Shown: one piece after another, positions 35,462 to 48,800 of the stretch | How positions within the stretch are numbered: position 1 is the first letter of the stretch | How the letters are laid out: each line of letters begins with the position of its first letter | Origin: a virus | Strand: one strand, 5' to 3' | IMG/VR virus record: IMGVR_UViG_3300045988_124399 | Span: 1 to 49,127 of that record | Length of the DNA stretch: 49,127 nucleotides | Position numbers and translations under genes: made by a program | Notes under the pieces: model-generated | The model's input: the letters and a program-made list of their open reading frames with translations, nothing else | The model's database searches: none | What the model was told of the DNA's origin: nothing

Positions 35462-37745
35462 TACCGACTTTCTTAAAAAGTTAGATGAATTTAAACATAA
35501 AGTAGTTTATGCTCGTATTGAGCTATTAACATTTGATGAATTACCAATAGAAAGTATAGAGGGTAAGATAACCAGCGGATCAATTAATATTGATGGAACA
35601 TCTGCGGTCCGCCGGTCTTGTTCTCTTACTATGGCCACAAATGAGAAATTATATAAACAATATTCTTGGGGTTTAAATTCTAAATTTAGTTTGGCTATTG
35701 GATTGGAAAATAAAATTGATAATAAATATCCAGATATTATTTGGTTTAATCAAGGCATTTATTTAATTACGTCTTTTAATACTTCTCAAAGTGCTAGCTC
35801 ATATAATATTTCTATTCAAGGTAAAGATAAGATGTGTCTATTAAATGGAGACTTAGGAGGAGATTTACCTGCTTCTGTAGATTTTGGACAAGAAGAAGTA
35901 ATTACTTATAGCTATAATAAACAAAATAATATAACTAAAGATAATTATATAAAAGGTAAATATTGTTATATTGTTAGTAGTGAAGAAGAAGCTAAAAAAC
36001 ATAATATTTATTACATTTCTACTTAGAATAAACAAACTACTTATTATGTTTTAGATGAAGAAGAGTTTAGTAATAAAGAGTATTATTTAAGGGAGAGTTA
36101 TTTGAATTTAATTTCAATTCCTATTTAGACTATTATTAAAAAACTTCTTACAGTTTATGGTAAAGAAAAAGAAAGTAATATAATTATTAATGATTTAGAC
36201 CAATATGGTTATGAGCTATTAGCTAATAAATGTGATGAAACTATGTATTTCTTTAAAGATGCGCTAACGAATAGAATAGTTAATGCTTCAATAGGGACAA
36301 TGCCTACTTTATTAGATATAAATAATAATAAAATAACTGATATGAGTAGTATTGAATTCGATAATTTAGATAGTAATAAATTATTAGATGATGTTCCTGA
36401 GCCGACTAAAGTAAGATTGGTAAATAATGGAACTATTTACACTATTATAAGTCGAACAACTAATGAAACAGTTGGTTATCGTATTTGTGATTTAGTCTAT
36501 GCAGGAGAACTTATTACTAGTGTCGGTGAAAATATAACCAGCGTATTAGATAAGATTAAAAATATGCTAAGTTGTTTTGAGTATTACTATGATATAGATG
36601 GTAGATTTATTTTTTAGCGAAAGAAATTTTATGAATACCAGTCTTGGAATAATATAGTGAATAATTCTAATGGAGATAGTTATATTGAGCCTGCGGTTTA
36701 TTCTTCTTCTTCAATCTATTCTTTTAGAGATGGGTAGACGGTTATTTCTTTTAATAATACTCCATAGATTACTAATCTAAGAAATGATTTTTCTATTTGG
36801 GGATAGAGAGAAAGTGTTAGTGGGGCAGAAATCCCTATCCATTTAAGATATGCAATAGATCAGAAACCTATTCAATATACCACAATTATTGTGAATGATA
36901 ATGATATAAATAGGTATAAATCTACAATATATAATAATGATATTTTTGATACTATGAATCCGCAATTAGAACAAAAGACTTATAAAAACAAATGGTATCA
37001 AAGCGAAAATGAACCGGGAGTTATTTATTGTGATTGGCGTGAAGTTTTATATCGTATGGCTGTAGATTATTATCAATATAATTATGCAGATGATTTTACT
37101 AGTAAAGTGGCAACCGCTAATCCTGATTTTTATCCTTCTGGAATAACTGGTTATGAAACTTATTATGTAGATTTATTTTCTTTTTGGAGAGATATCTATG
37201 ATTATGATAAGTTAGATTTCAAAGAAGAAGTAAAAAATAATCCTGAGAATTTAAATTTTTGGTTTGATTTTATTGGGGAAGAAAATGCGGATATCGCTAA
37301 ATACTCAGTTCAATTAATCGGAGATAGAACAAAAGCAATTAATGATACTAATATAAAAGTTATATGTTATAGAGATACACCTGATGTATTATTTATGACA
37401 TAGACAGATTATGATTCTATTATTTAGAATAATTATCCAACAGAAAGTGGGTATATTTGGATTAATATTCCTTCTGGATATGATAATTATTTTAAAATTA
37501 GTTCTAAAGGTAAGAGCGCAGTTGATGAAATTGAAGATTTACTTTATACAACAGCCTATTGTACGGAAAGTGTTTCAATTTCTACTATTCCAGTTTATTA
37601 TTTAGAACCTAATAATAGAATTTATATTGAAGATAAAAGAAGTGGCGTTGAAGGAGAATATTTAGTTAATAAAATAACTATTCCATTAACTTATAATGGT
37701 TCAATGTCTATTAGTGCCACCAAAGCAATATCAAGAGTATATTAA
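35439..37745 (+). CDS. Baseplate / fibre protein, 768 aa
   Basis: ORFs 35439, 36243 and 36891 share frame 0 joined through TAG. The stop is TAA. Confidence 0.4.
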
Positions 37746-37758
37746 GGAGGACCACTAA

Positions 37759-38103
37759 ATGGCAAGAAAGATAAGACAAATTCGTTATTATGGTGAAGGT
37801 CTTAACTCTAAGAATTATCCAAGTGATGTCAATATGAGTAAACTAATTACAGGAACCGCATTTAAAAATAATAATCAAAATGTGTTGATTACTCAGTTGG
37901 GTATTTAGACTTTACCAGGAACGAAATTTTATTTGAATGATAGCGCTAATGCTATTATTGTTGGAAATACTGGTATTTATGAGTTAGATTTAGAAGGTAT
38001 TTCTACTATTAATTTGATTAAATTTGATAGAAGTTCTATGAATTTGATTAATCAAAATAAAGAAGCATATCTTATTATAGATTATTTATTTGAGGAGGGT
38101 TGA
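37759..38103 (+). CDS. 114-aa hypothetical tail protein (1 TAG)
   Basis: AAGGAGGA precedes the start. The stop is TGA. Confidence 0.35.
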
Positions 38104-38105
38104 TA

Positions 38106-40379
38106 ATGGGTTTTTATGGCAATATAAGTAATACTTCAAAAACGACCTTCACTTTTGATAGAATTTATAATAATAGACTTCAAATGGATAATAATTGCGC
38201 TAGCGATGGAGTGTTTTTAGGTCGCTATGTTTTAGTTGAGTATGGCCTTCCAGCTTCTTAGTATATAATAGGTTATCTTGACAATAATGGAAATATGTAT
38301 GATGACCCTACTGATAGAAGTGATTCTCACATTATTTTATGTGAAAAGGGCAAAATGGTAAAGGTTAATAGAAATAGATATTGGTATTTATATACAGGAG
38401 ATACCAAATCTGATGGGTCTCCGTATTGGAGATATCTTACTAGAATTACTAATGACAGAGTTGATGATGAATAGTATAATAAAAATTATCAAATAGATTA
38501 TCCAGTTTATGGACGAGGATATGACTCTACAGTTTGGATAAAACAATATGTTAATAACCAAGAAACTTATATTTAGATTGCTGAATTAAATACTGTTGTT
38601 CCGAATTTTTCAATTTATCCATTGCTTCCTCAAGATCCATATGTTGCGGTTGATAATGCTACTATTGTATATCAACCAGGTAAGTATTATTATTACGATG
38701 AAGCTGACAGTCATTATAAATTAGATAATAATGATATTAAAACTGAAGGGCGCGTTTATTATTTAGAAAGTGAACTTGGACCAGCGATAACCGCAGATCA
38801 AAGTAGCACAAATTTACTTTATAAATTAAGAGTTCCTACTAATTTCCAACTTGATTTAGATGATAATAATATCTATTATAATAAAGAAGGATTTAGTAAG
38901 ACAAAACGTTCTTATGATGGTATTACAAAAAATAGTATTAATTATAAATTAAGTTAGTCAGGATATAGATTTTATTATAATGTAGAATAGGATAATGTTG
39001 TTGGTGAACCGATTGAAGATGGCTATGACCGCAAATCACTTGTAGTAAAGCTTCCTGCTCTTGGTAATGCGGTATGTGAAACTTATGATTTACTTTATGG
39101 TCAAAATCGCAATGATTCTATTACTAATTTTGATAAAACTAATGTTAAGGGCGCTTTAAATACCCTTAATAGAAAAATGAATTTAGGAAAATTAGAAACT
39201 AATAAACTTATTTATTTTTCTACTGAAACTGATAATGATATCAATGACAATTATATGAAATCTGCGACCATTCAAGGAGATAATTTAATTTCAATAGATG
39301 CAGATATTGAAAAAAATAAGGGAGCTATTAAAATTACTCATAATAATTTAGATGTAAATAAAGCATCAAAAAGTTATGGTAAAGATGTTGATTTTAGTAC
39401 TTTTGGTTCTTCCGTTACTTTACCTAAATTATTTACTGATAGAGCTGGACATGTTGTAAAAGAAGAAACATTTTCAGTTAGTATTCCAAAAGGTTCTTAT
39501 GAAAATACTAAAGAGGGTAATGTTCTTACTTCTTTAAGTTTTATTGATACTACTGGAGCTTTAAGTAGTGAGAAATCTTATTTAGGTACTTTAACATTAG
39601 GAACTGGATATATCACTAATGATAAATTAAATACTATCACTAAAGATACAACTCTTAATGATAGTATTACTAAATTGATTGAGAATAGCGATAGTAAATA
39701 TAATACTTTATTAGGTCAAACTAATAATAGTTTTGGTAAAGATACTGTCCCAACTCTTTATGGTTTAAGACAAGGAATTAATAGTGATAGAACTAGTATT
39801 AGTAATTTAAGTAGTAAAATTGATATTTTAAATGGAGTTGTATCTACTACTAATTCTGTTGCTTATAGTATTAAATAGGCTATTGATAAATTAGATAAAG
39901 CTGATAACAAGGTAGATAAACAATTTGTTACGGCGGTAGAAGAAAAAGATGGTTTAATAACTGTTTCAAGAAGTGCTTTACAAGAAAGTGATTTGCCTAT
40001 TACTTTTGATGGAACTTATAGTAATAGTAATAAAGTTGCTACTATGAGTAGTTTAAATACTTTAAAAGCAAATCTTTTAGGTGATTATACTGGCACATTA
40101 GCTGATGTAAATACGTTAGCAAATAGTAAATTAAATGAAGACGCGGTGCGCGGTCTTACGTATAATGCAACTTCTGGAACTAATGGAGCTAAAACCATAG
40201 CAGAAATGTTTGATTTAATTGTAGAATTATAGAATAAAAATATGCAGTTAAATACAACTATTAAAGCATTATAGGATAAAGATATTGAATTAAATAATTT
40301 AATTGCTGGATTAAGAACTGACGTTGATGCTTTAAAGAATAATTCGAATAATACTGATACTCCATCTGAAACAACTTAA
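38106..40379 (+). CDS. Tail fibre protein, 757 aa, Ser/Thr/Asn-rich with C-terminal coiled coil
   Basis: ORFs 38106, 38622, 39177 and 39993 share frame 0 joined through TAG. A terminator follows. Confidence 0.45.
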
Positions 40380-40389
40380 TTTAAATAAA

Positions 40390-40420
40390 GGGTTTGGTCT
40401 TAATAGGCCAAACCCTTTTA
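40390..40420 (+). terminator. Rho-independent terminator
   Basis: GGGTTTGG-N-CCAAACCC followed by TTTT. Confidence 0.6.
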
Positions 40421-40467
40421 GTATTGATTAAAAAGATTTTATAAATAATAGAAAGGAGTCGGTTATC

Positions 40468-41049
40468 TTGCCTAATACATTAAATAAATATGTAAAATTT
40501 GTCAGAGGTTCTAAAACCGCTTTTGAAAATTTAGGGACGAAAAGAGACAATGATACTTTATATTTTATTTATGGGGAAAATGATTCTTCTGGAGAACTTT
40601 ATTTAGGTAGTCGTCTAATTTGCGGTGGAATTAGTTCCGCAGGTAAGTTAAGCGATTTAAGTGATATTGTTCTTAATGAAGTTAAGACAAATCAAGTTTT
40701 AATTTATAATGGAGAATAGAAAAAATGGGTTAATTAGGGTTTAGAAAATAATGAGACTTTAATTAATTCTATTGTTGAAAAATTATCTACAGAAGAAAAT
40801 TTAGCTAAATTAGCTCCTGTTTTTAAGGGCACAGTCCCGGGTTTAGTTCCTGTTTCTCTACATGAAACTAAAGGAAAACATATTCTTACCGACGCTGGCA
40901 CATGGATTGATATGCCAGTAGGAACATTAACTTAGGGAGATATTGAAACAATTAATATAGCTAATAAATATTTAGTAGATAAGAGCCCTGATAATTTGGT
41001 AACTCGTGTTGAAGCAGTTGAACAAACTGTTTCTTGGTCTGATATTTAA
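40468..41049 (+). CDS. Fibre-module protein with conserved N-terminal attachment-like domain (TTG start, 3 TAG)
   Basis: AAAGGAG lies upstream. The N-terminus KFVRGSKTAFENL...DTLYFIYG resembles the N-termini of the next two genes. Confidence 0.4.
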
Positions 41050-41063
41050 AGGAGTGAAAAAGA

Positions 41064-42725
41064 TTGAACGTTAAATTTTTAAAAGGCTCTCAAGCCGAAT
41101 TTGAAAAGGTGGCAGGTAGATATAAACCTGGTGCGTTTTATTTAGTAATTAATGATAATAAATCCGCCAAAGACTATAAAAAGCCAAGTCGTCTTTATTA
41201 TGGCGTAGATGAAAATAATTGTGTTCCTGTAAATCAAGGTATTAATGTAGTTGATACTACCGCAGGTTTACCCCAAAGTTCTACTCAAAACACTGCTGGT
41301 GAATTTTATTATGTAAAAGATAAAAATATTTTATGTATTAATAATGGTAAAGGTTGGATTCAAACTAATACCGATACTGTTTTAGATACTAGTAAAAAAA
41401 ATAGTAATGTATCAGTAAATAGTAATCCTGAAAAACCTAATGGAGTTTCTATAACTAATACTATTGCTGATAGTAGTGGTAATATTATTACTGAGACTTA
41501 TGATATTATAGGTAGCGATTATATCCAAATTGAAGCAGTTCCCGCTGTTGATGATAAAGGTGTAGACACTGTTAAATTGAGTTTAAAAGGAATTAATTAT
41601 CAGTTAGGTTCTTCTTTAAAGGAAAAAACTTTAAATGTTAATTTAAAGAATGCTGATACTGATGTAGGTAATTTTAATATTATCGCTGGTAGTAATGTTA
41701 ATATTGCTGAAACTTCTACAGGAAATTATACTTTAAGCGTAAATAAAGCTGTTGATAGCATTGATATAGTTAATCATGTTGGTGGCACTGGTTTTACTGC
41801 TTCTATTAGTGGTCCGGGTGTTGAAGGAGCTGGTAACGGTACAACCTTATCTGCTGATATCGATCCAGAAATTGCTTTAGAAGGTAAGACTGGTAGCTAC
41901 AAATTTAAAGATGGTGTTTTAACTCTTCCTGTTTATAGTAAGCAAGATATTGATAATCAACTTAGAACCATTAATGCTATGGTATTCCGTGGCGGATTCC
42001 AAGTTAAAGATGGAGCTATTGCCTATGATAATTCTGATATTACTGAAATTACTGAAGGTAATACTTTTATTTACACTGGAGCCGAAGACACACTTTGGAA
42101 TGGTCATTATTTACGTCCTGGTGATCTAATTATTGCTTCTGGTGAAGAAGTTAATGGGGCTATTACTGGTACTATTAATTGGACCTATGTTCCTTCTGCC
42201 GATGACCCTGTTACTGAAGTTGAAGGAGCCAATGATAATAGTACTGCTGGTTTTATCATTAAACTTGGTTCTACTAAAAAACTTTTAGATTATGCTCTTA
42301 ATGGTGAAAGTGGTATTGTTTTAGAAACAGAAGTTTTAACAGATTCAAAAGGTCAACCTACTAATTCTAAAGTCGTTACTATTAAACATAGTAATACTTT
42401 AACTGTAAATGATCCAGTTCCTTTAGAATATGCAGATGAACAAACTATTACTATTAATGAGCCAACTGAAATTGATGCTCAAGGCCATGTAGTAAAATCT
42501 ACTCAAAAGACTTTTACAATAAAAAATACTCATCAAGAGATTGGTAATGCAGATTATACAGTAAATGGTACTGATACTTTAATTCCTAACCTTAAAGTTG
42601 CCGGTGCTGATCTTGAAGGTAAACCGCTTGTTTTCGCCAGTAATAGTCTAAAGGTTAATGTTTCCGCAGCGACTGCGACTGATAATGCTAAAGTTAATTT
42701 TGAGTTAGAGTGGGGAACATTCTAA
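41064..42725 (+). CDS. Fibre / receptor-binding-type protein, 553 aa (TAG-free, TTG start)
   Basis: AAAGGAGTG lies upstream. It shares the N-terminal module KFLKGSQAEFEKV...GAFYLV. It has zero in-frame TAG. Confidence 0.45.
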   Translation: MNVKFLKGSQAEFEKVAGRYKPGAFYLVINDNKSAKDYKKPSRLYYGVDENNCVPVNQGINVVDTTAGLPQSSTQNTAGEFYYVKDKNILCINNGKGWIQTNTDTVLDTSKKNSNVSVNSNPEKPNGVSITNTIADSSGNIITETYDIIGSDYIQIEAVPAVDDKGVDTVKLSLKGINYQLGSSLKEKTLNVNLKNADTDVGNFNIIAGSNVNIAETSTGNYTLSVNKAVDSIDIVNHVGGTGFTASISGPGVEGAGNGTTLSADIDPEIALEGKTGSYKFKDGVLTLPVYSKQDIDNQLRTINAMVFRGGFQVKDGAIAYDNSDITEITEGNTFIYTGAEDTLWNGHYLRPGDLIIASGEEVNGAITGTINWTYVPSADDPVTEVEGANDNSTAGFIIKLGSTKKLLDYALNGESGIVLETEVLTDSKGQPTNSKVVTIKHSNTLTVNDPVPLEYADEQTITINEPTEIDAQGHVVKSTQKTFTIKNTHQEIGNADYTVNGTDTLIPNLKVAGADLEGKPLVFASNSLKVNVSAATATDNAKVNFELEWGTF

Positions 42726-42786
42726 GGGCAATACTATTTAATAATAAATATAATTTTTTCTATTTTATATAGAAGAATGTTTTTAT

Positions 42787-42823
42787 GGGGAAAGATGAAA
42801 TATTCTTTCCCCATATTTTTTTT
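42787..42823 (+). terminator. Rho-independent terminator
   Basis: GGGGAAAGA-TGAAATAT-TCTTTCCCC followed by ATATTTTTTTTT. Confidence 0.75.
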
Positions 42824-42843
42824 AGGATAGAAAGGAGTAAATT

Positions 42844-45800
42844 ATGTCTAAGATACGTTTTCGTCCTGTGCAAGGTCCAGAAGAAAAAATAAAAGAATAT
42901 CCTCAAAGCGATGGATATTTTTATGTGGCAACAGATACAGGTCGAGTTTATTTAGATACGGCAACTGAAAATAAAATGCCAATAGGGTCTAGTGGTGTTC
43001 AGGTAATTTACGGTACAGATAATACTGTGGAAATTGAATATGATGCGGATGAAAACCCAGTGGCTTATTTAATTCTTTTATCAAAATTATCTATAACAAA
43101 TTGTCATATAGATGATTTAATTTTAAATTTAGACGGATGTTTTTATCGAATTTTAGGTTTTGCTTTAAATGAAAACCGCGAAGAATGCGCGAGATGTGAA
43201 AAATTAACTGTCGCCGGGGCGGGCGGTGGCGGAGAAGGAGACTCTGAACAAAAAGTTTTAGGAACTGTTTCTTTAACAAGAATTCCATCTGACAGCCCTG
43301 TTGATATCTTAAATGAAGAAAATGTTAAAGTAAAAGTTTTGGTTAAATGTAGAACTGTTGGTGGCGTTCCGCAATCTTCTTCTGTGCAAGGAATTATAAC
43401 TATAAGTGAAATTAAAAGTGCTACAGAAAAAGAAGTATATTACACTTCTCCTCCTACTACTTATGAACATAATATTTCACAAGAAATTGATTTAACTAAT
43501 ATTTTAAGAAATTCATGTTCTAGTGAGATTAATTTTAGTATTTATTATAATCCTGATGAAGAAAATAATAGATTTTAGAAAAGCTCTGATACTATTAATA
43601 TTAATAAGCATCATCTCTCTTTTAGCTGGAAAGAAAGTAGTTTTAGTAATGATAGTCCAATTGATAATGGACAAATATCTGTCAGTTGGTTAATGTCTGA
43701 AGATATCGCCAGATCTGTTGAAGTTTATTTTGATGATTATTTAGTTTTAGATAGAACTTATAGTGATACTGATTCTTCTTCTGAAGATTCTTTTGTTATT
43801 ACTCCTGATACAAATATATTAGGGGTTGACAAAGTTTCTACTTTAAAAAATTATTTTACTCATGGTGAGCATATAATAAAAGCAAAGTTGTATTTAATGA
43901 ATAATTCTAAAAAAGGCGCGGGAACAGATTTTATTCAAAAGGAAATTGTTATTCAAGAATTAGGTAATAAAATGCCTTTAATTTGGGTACAAGATTTTAA
44001 GACAGAATATTATACTTATGAGACAATAAGAATTCCTTTTAAAGTATTAGACCCAAATAATAATGGAGCTTTTATAACTCTTTATAAAAATGGTGTTCAA
44101 GTAGGAACTAGAGAATTAGATAGTTCGCAAGTTAGAGAATGGCAATATTGGGAAATTACTAATTTAACTGTAGATGATAGTTCTTATTATACTATTAAAG
44201 TTGGTACTGATCCTTATTCTTATTCTCGTAATTTTAATTTTACAATTTTAATTGACCCTTTAAGAGATATGAAGTTAGTAAAAAAAGATAATTTAAAAGT
44301 TAATTTTATAGCTACTGGTCGTTCTAATTCAGAAGGAAAATTAGGTCGTGAAACTTATTTAATTAATAATAATAAATATGTAGAATTTAAAAATTTTAAT
44401 TGGTATAATAATGGGTGGGTTTTTGATGAAAATAATACGACTTGTTTGCGAGTAAGTAATGGTGCAGAAGTATCTATTCCAGTTGGGAAAATGGCCTTTA
44501 AAGATGGATCATCATCTGCTACTATTGAGGTTCAATTTAAAATAAAAAATCCTCAAAATTATGCTAAAGTTATAACTAAATATACTAGATATAAAGTAAG
44601 CAGAGATAATTGGGAAGATGATGATGCTTGGGATAAATTTAAAGCTCAAAATAAATATCTTAATTATGATGAGTTTTTAACTAAAGAATATTTACCGACA
44701 ACCAATTATAGCTATGATGATTTAGAGTATAATAAAATAGAACAAGATTTTAATTTAAAGAATTTAGTCTGTGCATATGGTAAATTAGGAAGCTCTGTTT
44801 CTCCTGGTATTTATTTTAGTCCATAGGATGCTGTATTTACGGCTAATGGCGCTCAAGAGACAGTTTCAGTTGATTTTATTGAAAATGAAATGTTAAATCT
44901 TTCATTTGTTTATACTAAAAAGAAAAGTGATATAGAAGGCGGAAATTCTAAATTATTAGAAATTTTTATGAATGGCGTTTTAACTAGTGTTGTACGTTGT
45001 AGTAGTGATATTTGGAATATTGATTCTGATTTTATTAAATTTATGTCTAACACTTGTGATATTGATATTTATAGTATTAGAGTTTATGATACAGATTTAA
45101 CCATTCCTGAAATAGTCCAAAATTATGCTTTTGATAAAAGAAGTATAAAACAATGGGATCAAAAAGACCTTTATGAGAACAATACGGTATTAAAAGACGA
45201 TGTATTCTCTTATACTAAAATGAAAAAGTATAATGATAATCATCCTACTGATCCTTTAATGCCTTATATTATTTTAAGAACTACTAAAAATAATAAAAAC
45301 AACACAGATAATAGATTACCTTATTCTAAAGAAAAAGGAAGTTAGGAAGGAACTTTAGAATTTGTTAATACGGCTTTAGATGCTGCTTATAATAGTGGCG
45401 AGTTAGAAAAAGTTGCTATAAAAGAAGGATGGAAACCTGTAATTGAAAAAAATAAAGAGACTAGGGTAGAAACAATAAAATATACTGCTGTATAGAATTA
45501 TTATATACATCATTGCCCTAGTTTTATAACTGTTCTTAATGGATGTACTTTCCAAGTTCAAGGCACTTCTTCACAATTTTATCCTCGCCGTAACTATAAA
45601 GCTAAATGCAAAGAATCAATGCTTTTAAATAGAGGTCCATTTGCTGAAGAATATAAAAAAGCAGGAGATTAGTATAATGAAGATATAACTAAACATCCTT
45701 GCTATTTAGAATGGTTTTATATGGATAATAAGACAGTTGGTACTACTAAATTTACTTTAAAGATAGATTTTATGGAATCTTCTGGAGATTATAATAGAGG

Positions 45801-48800
45801 ATTTGCTAATTTAGTTAATGAAATTTATTCTAAACATCCCGTAGAAGATTATAAAGATTCTTTTGATAATTATAATTTATATGGAAATTTAGAAGATTAT
45901 CGTACTTCAGTGAAAGGATTCCCAGTTTTAGCTTTCCATTATATGTCTAATGATGATAATACATATTCTAAAGAAAATAGCAGTAATTGTATTTTTATTG
46001 GTAAATATAATATGCTATTAGACAAAGGATCAGATGAATGCTATGGATTTAAGCCTGATAAAAAGATTTTACAAAATCAAATTATTGGAAGTCCTAAAAT
46101 AAGAGATATAGCAGAATGCTGGGAATTTTAGAACAATTCAAGAACTTTTTGCTCTTTCCGCGACCCTTGGAATCGTTATAAATTATCATTTAGAAATCCT
46201 AATATGGTAATCCCTCCAGATGGAGATAATCCTGAATTAGTTAAAGGCGCTCCAAAAGTCGTTGATTCTTTTGAACCAAGATATAATCCAAATGATGATT
46301 TAATTGCTAAATAGTTATTTAATTTAAAAGACTGGGATGATCCAGATGGAACATAGACTAAGATTGTTGGAGAAGAATTAAAAAATGTAGCTCCTGATAG
46401 GCTTATTAAAAAAGAAATAATTGATGAAATTACTGGTGTAAAATCTATTAAATGGATTATAAAAAATCCAGATGGAGAAGAAATAGAATTTAATGTTGGT
46501 AATAATACAAGTAAACAAGAATTGCTCTTAGCTTTAATGTCTAACTGGGAAGATGCAGTTAGTTGGGTATGGAGTACTTGTTTAGATTGTGATATTGAAT
46601 TTGATGATGGACAAAAACTAAAAATTCCATCTATGGGTACTTATACTAAAGTTGATGAATTAGCTGAAGCTATATATGTCCCTAATGTTTACTACATTGA
46701 AAATGGAGTTAATGAAAATGGAAAAATTATTTATAAATTAGCTTCTGAAGAATATAATTCTGAAATAAGATATTATAAGTAGGTTAGTGAAAATAATAAT
46801 TTAAAATATGTAAGTATAAAGCTTACAAATAATCCAGATAAAGTATATAAAACAAATATTTATTATCTTTTAACTGATAGTAAAAATGAAATTTATATAT
46901 TAAGTTCTGATAAATTTAATTCTTCTTTAGATTATTATTCTTTTGTTAAAAATGAAGATCTTATTAATGAAAGATGGAAATTACCTAAACCAGTAACCTA
47001 TGATTCTATTATTTATACTAAAGATAGTAAAGAATATCGTCAAGCTAAATTTAAAAATGAATTAAGCAATTTCTTTGATATTGAATATTTAGCTTCTTAT
47101 CTTTTAATGACAGAAATTTTTGAATGTTATGATTCTCGTGGTAAAAATGCTATGTTTGCTTCTTGGGGGCCCCAAAAAGGTAATATTCAAAGATCTACCG
47201 GTAAATAGCATTATATTTGGTATCCTATGTTTTATGATATTGATACTCAATTAGGAATAAATAATACAGGTATTCCTTCTTTTGAATATTACATTGATGC
47301 TACTGAAGAAGGAAGTTTTTCAACTAACGATAGTGTTCTTTGGAATAATTTTTATACTTTCTTTAGAAGTAAAATGGTAGATAAGTATAAACAATTAATG
47401 GGAACTCAAAATAATTCTTATAGTCCAAATGATTCAAGAGTAAATAAAATTTTTACTAAAGGAGCAGGAAGCGGGGCTAAAAAAAGTGATATTGTAGATA
47501 AATGGTATCGTACTGATCCATCGGTATTTCTTGATAGCTATGCCGTTCTAGGAGACAGACCAATTGTTGCCTTAAGTTTAGACGAAGAATTTAAGTATAT
47601 TATTCCAACAAACTCTAAAGCCAAAGATATGCCAGTGTTTGGTCGTTTAACTGATGGAGGTTCATATGAGGTTGAAGATGATAAATATTTTTATGCTTTG
47701 CAAGGAGATAGAAATCTTTATCGCGCGCAATTTTTAGCTAATCGTCTTAATTACATTGACTCTTGGTTGACTGTTGGCACTTATGCCAGAAATGGTGGAG
47801 GAAGCTATATTAGAAGTCGTATTTCCGCAAACAATCCTAAGAATACATCAGATAAATGGATTGAAGGTACTAACACTCAAAACATGGAAGGATTAATTAC
47901 AAATTCTCAGTATTGGAAAAATGGTGCTGAATTCGAAGAAAAAAATCATATGTTTGATGGTGAGTATTGGATCAACATGGAACCCGCGCGTAATGCCTAT
48001 GTTACTATTGGTACAGATGGAGAGAATTTTCCTTCAAAAAAATATAATGGTTTAGAACCGGTTAAATATGTAGCTCCTGATATTAAAAAAGGAATTATGA
48101 GTAGCGGTAATTATAAAGAACAATTATATTATATTTATGGAATGGATCAAATGAAATCTCTTGGTGATTTAAGTAAATTATATTTTCAAGAGTTTGCGGC
48201 TGAAGGAAAAATGGAACGTTTAACTGATTTATTATTAGGATATGATGGAAAAGATGAAAGTGGTAATGAATATTTTAATAATGATGTAAATGACTGGTCC
48301 TTCTCAAAAGGCGGAATGCCTTTACTTAAAGAAATGAATCTTTGTAATATTAACTTTAAAAAAGACTAGGGGGCATTAGATTTAACTAAAAGTGAAAAAC
48401 TTGAAAACTTTAGAAATACTAAATCCAATATCCCGAGAGTTAATTTTGCTCCTGGAGTAGCTTTAAATACTTTATATTTAACCAATCGAACAAATTATTT
48501 AAGTTTAATAGAAGCTAATTTATTAACGAAATTAATAACTAACTATATATATCCTGAAAAAAATCCAATTACTGGAAAACTTGAGGTCTCAGATGAAAAT
48601 CGTGGTTTATATATTCAAGGTCTTACTGATGCTGAAGAAGGAAAAGAAAAAACCGAGATAAGAACTTTTGATATTCGAGGCGGTAATTTAGGTTATAATA
48701 GTTATGAATTGTTACGCAAATATATTTCAGCTAGTAAAAATAGTAAATTAGATTTATCTAATTGTATTATTAATTTAAATAATGTTTAGTGGAGTCCATA

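Noticed and set aside
25508-43288. Minus-strand ORFs 25508..25744, 41919..42107 and 43091..43288, and plus ORFs 27597..27788 and 37411..37605
   Set aside because: They fall inside the tape measure gene, the 553-aa fibre gene, the giant gene or the 768-aa gene, in a wrong frame or strand. They are shadow ORFs.
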